This document shows, piece after piece, positions 20,072 to 25,864 of a DNA stretch of 25,864 nt (position 1 is its first letter; each line of letters begins with the position of its first letter). Below the pieces are notes generated by a model, which was given only the letters and a program-made list of their open reading frames with translations, was not told the DNA's origin and did no database searches. Origin of the DNA: an uncultured Nitrososphaerales archaeon (lineage in GTDB: Archaea > Thermoproteota > Nitrososphaeria > Nitrososphaerales > Nitrososphaeraceae); assembly GCA_963709405.1 (NCBI GenBank), contig CAVPXM010000017.1, forward strand, positions 1-25,864, given 5' to 3'. Both the position numbers and the translations under genes were made by a program.

Positions 20072-20284
20072 TTTAATCTTCTACTGTTTCACGTGATAGT
20101 AAAGTATCGTGAGCTTATTTCCTAATAATTGTCTGGTTTTGTATCTACCTATAATTTAAATCACTTCATAAGCTGCGAATAGTATTTGTAGAGGAGAAAA
20201 TTCTATAGAGTAAGGACGTACTGACGCACATAGATTAAAGAGATTCATCAAAGACAGCTTCTCTCTCACCTCCGTGTGAAAATA
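20072..20284. repeat. Uninterrupted (empty-site) paralog of the segment flanking IS481 copy 1
   Basis: Single CCTAAT at 20121-20126 where copy 1 has the duplicated ATTAGG around the IS. Confidence 0.9.
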
Positions 20285-20472
20285 GGTGGTTACTGAAGTT
20301 CCTCCCAGAAATCAAAGGCTTTTTAGATCAAATTTTTACGTCGTTAGATAAAGTGATTCTCGATGACTATTCCATTCATAGTCTACATTTTATCATCTAT
20401 ATTAAGATAGAAAGGGAACGTCTTTGCAGTTTTTGCTATCTTTAAAGTAGTAAAGAGGTGGATAAAATAATT

Positions 20473-20745
20473 TTACATACAAATGTTGCTGTTTTTTACA
20501 CGTGGAATAGTGTTATTGCCAATATCGCACCCTTTTTGTCGAAGATACTTTAAAGTTAATTTATAAACTAGTTCGTCATAGTCTGTTACTTCCAATACTC
20601 TTCTCCACGATACCTCTCCATTCTTCGAAATTTCTTCTGATAGTAATTCTGTAGTTTTTCTGGCTTCCTGTCTACACTGCTCCATTGTTTTGCCATTCTT
20701 GTAGGCGTGAATACGAGAATCGCAACTGCTGCCCTGACTTTCCAT
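20473..20745 (-). CDS. Conserved hypothetical protein (90 aa)
   Basis: SCDSRIHAYKNGKTMEQC...DELVYKLTLKYLRQKG.DIGN resembles a Nitrososphaeraceae family. ATG 20745 preferred over TTG 20763. Confidence 0.8.
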   Translation of the reverse strand: MESQGSSCDSRIHAYKNGKTMEQCRQEARKTTELLSEEISKNGEVSWRRVLEVTDYDELVYKLTLKYLRQKGCDIGNNTIPRVKNSNICM

Positions 20746-20874
20746 TATATTAAAAATAGCCAAGCCAAGATTTAAACAATTTTGACAAGTGGCTCATTAC
20801 TGTCACTCGACTGGACTCGTGAGATGGATTTGCTTTAACAGATACTCCCTCTGGAATCGAAAATGCAGATGGAG

Positions 20875-20952
20875 AAGGATTAGCATACAAGTAATATAAT
20901 ATCATTCCCAGTAAATCTAGTTCTGTTGAATCATCAATGCCTAAAAAACTGC
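20875..20952. repeat. About 78-bp imperfect direct repeat, copy 1 (partner 22604-22681)
   Basis: Core tcattcccagtaaatcta[g/c]ttctgttgaatcatcaa differs at one position; aaggattagca and aagtaata are also shared. Confidence 0.85.
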
Positions 20953-21133
20953 TTTGTTGTGCGATCCGCTATCTTTAAGCTGAGTTATTAGACCGATCTG
21001 CATCTAGCTTGCCAATAGTAATTATTCTGGTATGAGTGACAACTTCATTGAGCTCGGGCGTAGGGAAAGGCTAATTTGGAAATAGACTGACAGGATTCAT
21101 CATTAAGTAGTGCCGTACTACATGAGAACAGAG

Positions 21134-21286
21134 AATTGGATTATTGTTACACCCAGGATACCCGGGTTATTTTAAACTCTAGAGAAGAATTTATGAATGC
21201 ATACAAGAGGTATACTATAAGGAAAAATTATAATAGAATACAAAACTATCCCGGGTATCTCGGGTGTAAAATACAAGATTCCAATT
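21134..21286. repeat. GC-rich inverted repeat pair around an AT-rich spacer
   Basis: ttacacccaggatacccggg (21147-21166) versus cccgggtatctcgggtgtaa (21250-21269), 18/20 complementary; outer aattgga/tccaatt. Confidence 0.8.
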
Positions 21287-21478
21287 AGAACCAATGTACC
21301 ATGATGACCCTGTGATTACAATTATGTAGAGTACAAAGGTAGACAAAGCAACATTATTCTGACCACTCAATGAGAAAATACATTGAAAAATATCGGAGGA
21401 TAAAGACTCTGCCCATAAACAAATCAGGCTGCTAATTTACTCTATAATTCAAAAAACAAAAATCTAAAAATAAGTAAC

Positions 21479-21757
21479 CTAATGCGCCGTAATAACTAGC
21501 ATAGATGCATACCAGTCGGCTGTTAATTTATGTGCCATAGCACTCATTAGGTCGCCTGATTTTATATTTGAGTCTGCCTGTTCCTGTTCTTCTTTGATTT
21601 TCTGAATAAAATATTCGCGTTGACGTATTTGTTTTTGCTTAAATATATCATCCATTGTTTTTTGAAATTTGTTTAAGTCACCAGAAATTTTTTCATTGAG
21701 TTTTCGGGTTAATTCATCTTGTTGTGCTTGTATTTCACGCATCTCATCATTAGTCAT
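21479..21757 (-). CDS. Hypothetical coiled-coil protein (92 aa)
   Basis: Q/E/K-rich helical ORF with ATG start; T-rich tract downstream on the coding strand. Confidence 0.65.
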   Translation of the reverse strand: MTNDEMREIQAQQDELTRKLNEKISGDLNKFQKTMDDIFKQKQIRQREYFIQKIKEEQEQADSNIKSGDLMSAMAHKLTADWYASMLVITAH

Positions 21758-22011
21758 TAGTAGATCTTCAAAATATCATACTTTTAAAGATTTTTCTGGA
21801 ATGGCCCTAATTTCTAGCCTCTATCTGAGTTCCAACGACTGTAAGATTAGTAGTTTTAATATCTTGTTGTTTTAGCCCTGCAGACACAAGAATAACAGTG
21901 GCAATCATGCATAAACCGTCATATTCCCTCAATAACTGCATTCTAGGTTAAATCAAAAAATGTATATTATATATTATAAACATCTAAACAAAGAAAATGG
22001 ACAGAAAAAAA

Positions 22012-22491
22012 TTATTGTTTGTGGAGGAACGGTTGTTGTTGAACTGTGACGAATGAATTCCAAGCATTTGCGGCGCTCGTATTAAATTCTTTCACAGACT
22101 CAATTGTTCGATTAAGGGTTCTGAAGTTTTCTGCTGCTGCATTTATCGCTTTGACTGTCAACTGGTTGTTGATCCTAACTACTTTGACTATGTTCTCGGT
22201 GATCTCGTTTGATTGCTTTACAAATTCATCAGTGTATGGTGGTGTTACTACTGGAACGTTCCCGTTACCCGCTAGCCTTTGAGCTGAAACCATATTCCGG
22301 ACAGTATCCTTTGCTGCGGCAATACAATCAAGCTGTAGATTAGAGATCGATTGTGCATATTGTGGTTGAGCTTTTGTAAACTCGTCTACTATTCTAATGC
22401 AGTTTTGTCTTACTGTGTCATAAAAGTTAGCTGCTTCAGTTGACCTAGTTGAAGTGGTTATGTCGTCTTTAGATTTATTATTATCTACCAT
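22012..22491 (-). CDS. Phasin-like all-helical protein (159 aa)
   Basis: PQYAQSISNLQ...NNQL...AI...EN...FN...W pattern of a multicopy Nitrososphaerota family. Upstream TATATA and downstream T-tract. Phasin role is inference. Confidence 0.8.
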   Translation of the reverse strand: MVDNNKSKDDITTSTRSTEAANFYDTVRQNCIRIVDEFTKAQPQYAQSISNLQLDCIAAAKDTVRNMVSAQRLAGNGNVPVVTPPYTDEFVKQSNEITENIVKVVRINNQLTVKAINAAAENFRTLNRTIESVKEFNTSAANAWNSFVTVQQQPFLHKQ

Positions 22492-22603
22492 TTTATCTCA
22501 TCTGTAATACTATTAGCGTCCACCTCATATATAGGTTGGTATTTAATGGATCTAAATTCCACATAAAACCATACAATGTCGTAATTCACCTATCGTAATG
22601 TAA

Positions 22604-22681
22604 AAGGATTAGCACTGAAGTAATACAACTTCATTCCCAGTAAATCTACTTCTGTTGAATCATCAAATACCTACAATCTGC
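22604..22681. repeat. About 78-bp imperfect direct repeat, copy 2 (partner 20875-20952)
   Basis: See copy 1. Confidence 0.85.
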
Positions 22682-23020
22682 CAGTACACCATTCAGATTA
22701 TTATTTTCAGAAGCATTGTCTACTAACTAACTTTCTTTAGCAATCAATTTTCTGATTCATTATGATGATCGAATTCTGCTTTCACAAGGTCCTCAAAGGG
22801 ATCTTTTCGCAAGTCTGCTTTAATAAAATCAATATTCTCAGGCATTGCGATACGATAGTTTCTTCTCGTTGAATTTGCAGATGCAATTGGCGTCCTCCAG
22901 TGCATCGCATTAAGTGACCGCCCTTTGTGCAGTCTTTAAATAATTTTACATTGATTTTGTCCTGAAACTCGAGAGTTATTAAGATGTGATACAAGCTAAT
23001 GGGTTGAAATTGGGATCTGT

Positions 23021-23031
23021 ATTCATATAAA
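23021..23031 (+). promoter_or_regulatory. Putative TATA box for a leaderless transcript of 23054-23173
   Basis: ATATAAA at 23025-23031, 23-29 bp before the ATG, which is canonical archaeal spacing. Confidence 0.5.
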
Positions 23032-23053
23032 GAATGACGCAACAATATTAGTT

Positions 23054-23173
23054 ATGGCTGATCATGTTTGTGAGTGTACTCATTGTGATTGTAAAGTAAA
23101 ATTTGATTGCAATGAGAGTGGTTGCTTATGCTGTAGTACTACGATTTGTTATTTGGACTGGTCCAAGGATTAA
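23054..23173 (+). CDS. 39-aa Cys-rich metallothionein-like microprotein
   Basis: MADHVCECTHCDCKVKFDCNESGCLCCSTTICYLDWSKD*: 9 Cys and 2 His in CxCxxCxC and CxCC clusters. Confidence 0.7.
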   Translation: MADHVCECTHCDCKVKFDCNESGCLCCSTTICYLDWSKD

Positions 23174-23478
23174 GTAGAAGAAGAGAACCATTATTTTAAG
23201 CGTAGCAGAATGCAACTATTTAACTATTGATTGAGTTTTATAACGACTGTATTATCTGCTGCCAGAAGACGGTATAGTCACATTAGACTAGCATTAAACG
23301 CTTGGAATATGTGGCATTAATAATGCTACAGTTTTTGCTACTCCTCATGGTAGGGGATCTGATAATGTAACTGTAATAGATTCAACTGCCAAATACTGTG
23401 ATTTTGCTATAAACGGCTAATGTGTTGTTTTTGCATTGAAATGGATACAAGAAATATTCAAGCCAAACTAATTGCAGA

Positions 23479-23706
23479 ATGTTTGATGATAAAGGAGAAT
23501 TGACATATACCAATAGATATGTAATCAGAGAGAGTCATAGTACTCAGGATACAGATTATTTACATAATGATTCTAAAATATTTCGTAAATTTATAAAAGA
23601 GATCAATAGCGAGATTCCTTATAATAAAGACGCAACGACAATAAATGCATTAGTCATATTATCTTACCATAAAATAAATAACGAGAAAACGCATCCAGAG
23701 TACTAA
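23479..23706 (+). CDS. Hypothetical protein (75 aa), possibly frameshifted from an ATG at 23441
   Basis: Protein-like composition. Upstream MDTRNIQAKLIAE is one base out of frame. Confidence 0.4.
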   Translation: MFDDKGELTYTNRYVIRESHSTQDTDYLHNDSKIFRKFIKEINSEIPYNKDATTINALVILSYHKINNEKTHPEY

Positions 23707-23880
23707 CATAGCTTTGTTCAGTAAAGAGATGAGATATTTATTCGACAATGGCTTTAAAGTAGTATCCGTGTCTGACTTGGCATATGATAAAAACAGCAAT
23801 TACTTCTACTTAAAGAACTAAGAATTAAGAGACTCTAGAAGCCATCTTTTGCATAACCGTTAGAGCTTTGTAGGAGCTCT

Positions 23881-24620
23881 TTAACGCACACTCCACCCGC
23901 CATCCACAACTATTGAAGCGCCGGTTACATAATCCGACTCATCGCTAGCCAGATAGAGCGCAGCATTGGCGATATCAATTGGATCACCCATCCGACCAAC
24001 AGGAATAGACACCAGGGTTTGTTTTAATATCGTCTCATTCTCTTCAATCACCCTGGTCATACCCGTCTTGATAGCACCTGGACATATGCAATTCACGTTT
24101 ATTTTCTTTGGCGCAAATTCTAAGGCCAAAGATCTAGTCATCGCAATAATTCCGCCCTTTGATGAGCAGTAGGCAGAGAGGTTCTCATAGCCAATAATAC
24201 CAGCGATGGACGCCATGTTTACAATTTTGCCTTTATCATGTTTCTCAAAAATCGGCAAGACCTCACGTGTTAGTAGGAAGGGTCCTTTGAGATTGGTATT
24301 AATCACTGAATTCCATTCTTCGTCGCTTGTTCCAGAAATTGGTTTTTGGCATAGTATGCCTGCATTATTGACCAAAATATCAATTGTGCCAAAAGCTTCA
24401 AGTGTTTTCGCAACCAAATTCTTGACTGACTCTGTGTTGGAAATATCACACTCAACGAACAGAGCTTTCTTACCAGTAGCATCAGCTCGGCTTTGCCGGA
24501 TTTATTGATATCACTAAAAATGACCTTGGCACCCTCTTTGATAAAAAGCTGAGCAATCCCCAAACCAATGCCAGAAGCAGCACCTGTCACGATTGCAACC
24601 TTAGTATCTAGTCTTGACAT
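23881..24620 (-). pseudogene. Classical SDR (FabG/glucose-dehydrogenase-like) split by one frameshift
   Basis: TGAASGIG in the 24620 frame; ADATGKKALFVECDIS...NNAG...YCSSK...VVDGG in the 23881 frame. Shift near 24487. Confidence 0.9.
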
Positions 24621-24876
24621 AAGACATTCAATTGCTATCTGAGACTTTTATTGTCTTCGATAAAGATAACACTGACAGTAATTTGGCCATTGTCGATCCT
24701 ACGGTGAGTTTTAAGCATCCATCTTAGATCAATTTATCGTATTATTTGTTTCTTGTGTCCACATAACTATTTAACAGATCATGAATTCCATCTATTGAAA
24801 AAAGCATAGAACACTGCTACAAATATAGAGAGTGAAAGAGAAAATAAAATGTCTATATTCGCTATACGTAGCGGAG

Positions 24877-25168
24877 TTTGCCAGTATTTTTGTCGATGAC
24901 ATTGATTATTAAAAGATAGCATTAACAATTAAAAGGATTACGAAGCTTACAATACGTTGAGTAATTTAGACAGAGAACTATATCGGATTTCTGACAAATC
25001 CCGCATAATTCTATCTGAAAAAGTATCTTCTATTACGATATGCAGCATATCAGATTATAAATATTTTCGAAAATAAGACATCGGATGTATAGGATGACGA
25101 CTCGGTATTCTTAGACAGTGATGATAAAGGTTCATGTACATGTCTATCATGGGGGCGCGCCAAACAAT
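24877..25168 (-). repeat. Copy C of the three-copy module, including promoter and first 8 codons of a second cupin gene
   Basis: The minus strand reads ...taagcttcgtaatccttttaat...aatcaATGtcatcgacaaaaatactggcaaa (MSSTKILA, ATG at 24902), matching the cupin start MSSAKILA at 10146. GGATTT-N5-AAATCC at 24985-25001. Confidence 0.85.
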
Positions 25169-25864
25169 GTGTTGTTCCTATAGATAAGAAATCTTCAGGG
25201 ATTTGATGAATTTCAGCTCGTAATCGTGAGGCCGACTAAGCAGGATCACCCCCACTTCTCAAACCAACTTGTAAACTTGTAGATCTCTTACGTTCCAACT
25301 CTTGGATACTATAAGTCTATCATTCACATACCAAAATCATTTTTCCGTTCAAAAATTTAATTATAGAATAGAGGTTTCCTAACACTATCTAATAGGAACA
25401 TATTCAGAGCCTAATCCAAAAGCGTTCTGTTGTACATGATCATAAGAACTCGTAAATTCATCACTATCTAATTGCGCCAGTGTTTGTTTAATAATGCTGA
25501 GGCAGTAGATATTGATTGACGGCTCTGCTTTAGTACTTGTCATGTCGTTCCCAGTGGATGAGGTCAGTCGCATCTTAGTCTCAAATAGTTGCTAGTCCAA
25601 ATAATATTGAGTCTGTATACCTTTAATGCAATAAGGTAGTGCCAAAGCCCCAACAATTCCAATTTTCAGGTTATAATCGCTAAAGTGAGAATTTGCCATA
25701 CACGAGAGTATTCAGCGACTTTAGTGACAATACCAAGAAACATCTTATTGAAGGGTCCAATCAGGTCAAGAATCAGAATTGTGAACTCAATTCTAGGTTA
25801 TGTTTTCGTCAAGCAAATAATTGCACTTGATATGATTAGACAAAGTGAGCTTACTAGAAATTAA

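Noticed and set aside
22750-23045. 87-aa minus ORF and adjacent frames
   Set aside because: Protein-like only if frames are stitched; overlaps the promoter of the Cys-rich peptide; no family recognised.
1-25864. CRISPR array, tRNA/rRNA, integron attC array
   Set aside because: No regularly spaced repeats, no cloverleaf or T-loop signature found by eye, and no repeated attC-type hairpins.
25385-25864. 62-aa minus ORF and an AbrB-like LVTIPRNI stretch on the plus strand
   Set aside because: Motif too short and no convincing start.

Overview
An AT-rich window (roughly 35% GC by eye) with low coding density. The gene families present (PRC-barrel-like duplicate protein, AEP primase remnant, HSFRR-type integrase, phasin-like protein, cupredoxin fusion) point to a soil ammonia-oxidising archaeon (Nitrososphaeraceae); this is inferred from family recognition, not from a marker gene. 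The region reads as an accessory scrapyard. It holds a few intact genes: an SDR, DUF5996, a GC-rich cNMP-domain thioredoxin-reductase-like flavoprotein and several hypotheticals. It also holds about ten broken genes (integrase, primase, cupin, alpha/beta hydrolase, F420:NADP oxidoreductase, two SDRs, cupredoxin fusion) and two IS481-family copies, one with a perfect 6-bp target duplication whose empty paralogous site is in the same window. Structure missed by the ORF track includes a 39-aa, 9-Cys metallothionein-like ORF with a TATA box, a 47-aa CxxC-H-C peptide and a 51-aa membrane peptide. It also includes a perfect 64-bp inverted repeat 8.6 kb apart, a three-copy promoter module with a conserved GGATTT-N5-AAATCC palindrome, and a recurrent AAGCTGAGY motif at apparent module junctions. 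No rRNA, tRNA or CRISPR array was seen. All alignments and translations outside the supplied track were done by eye.
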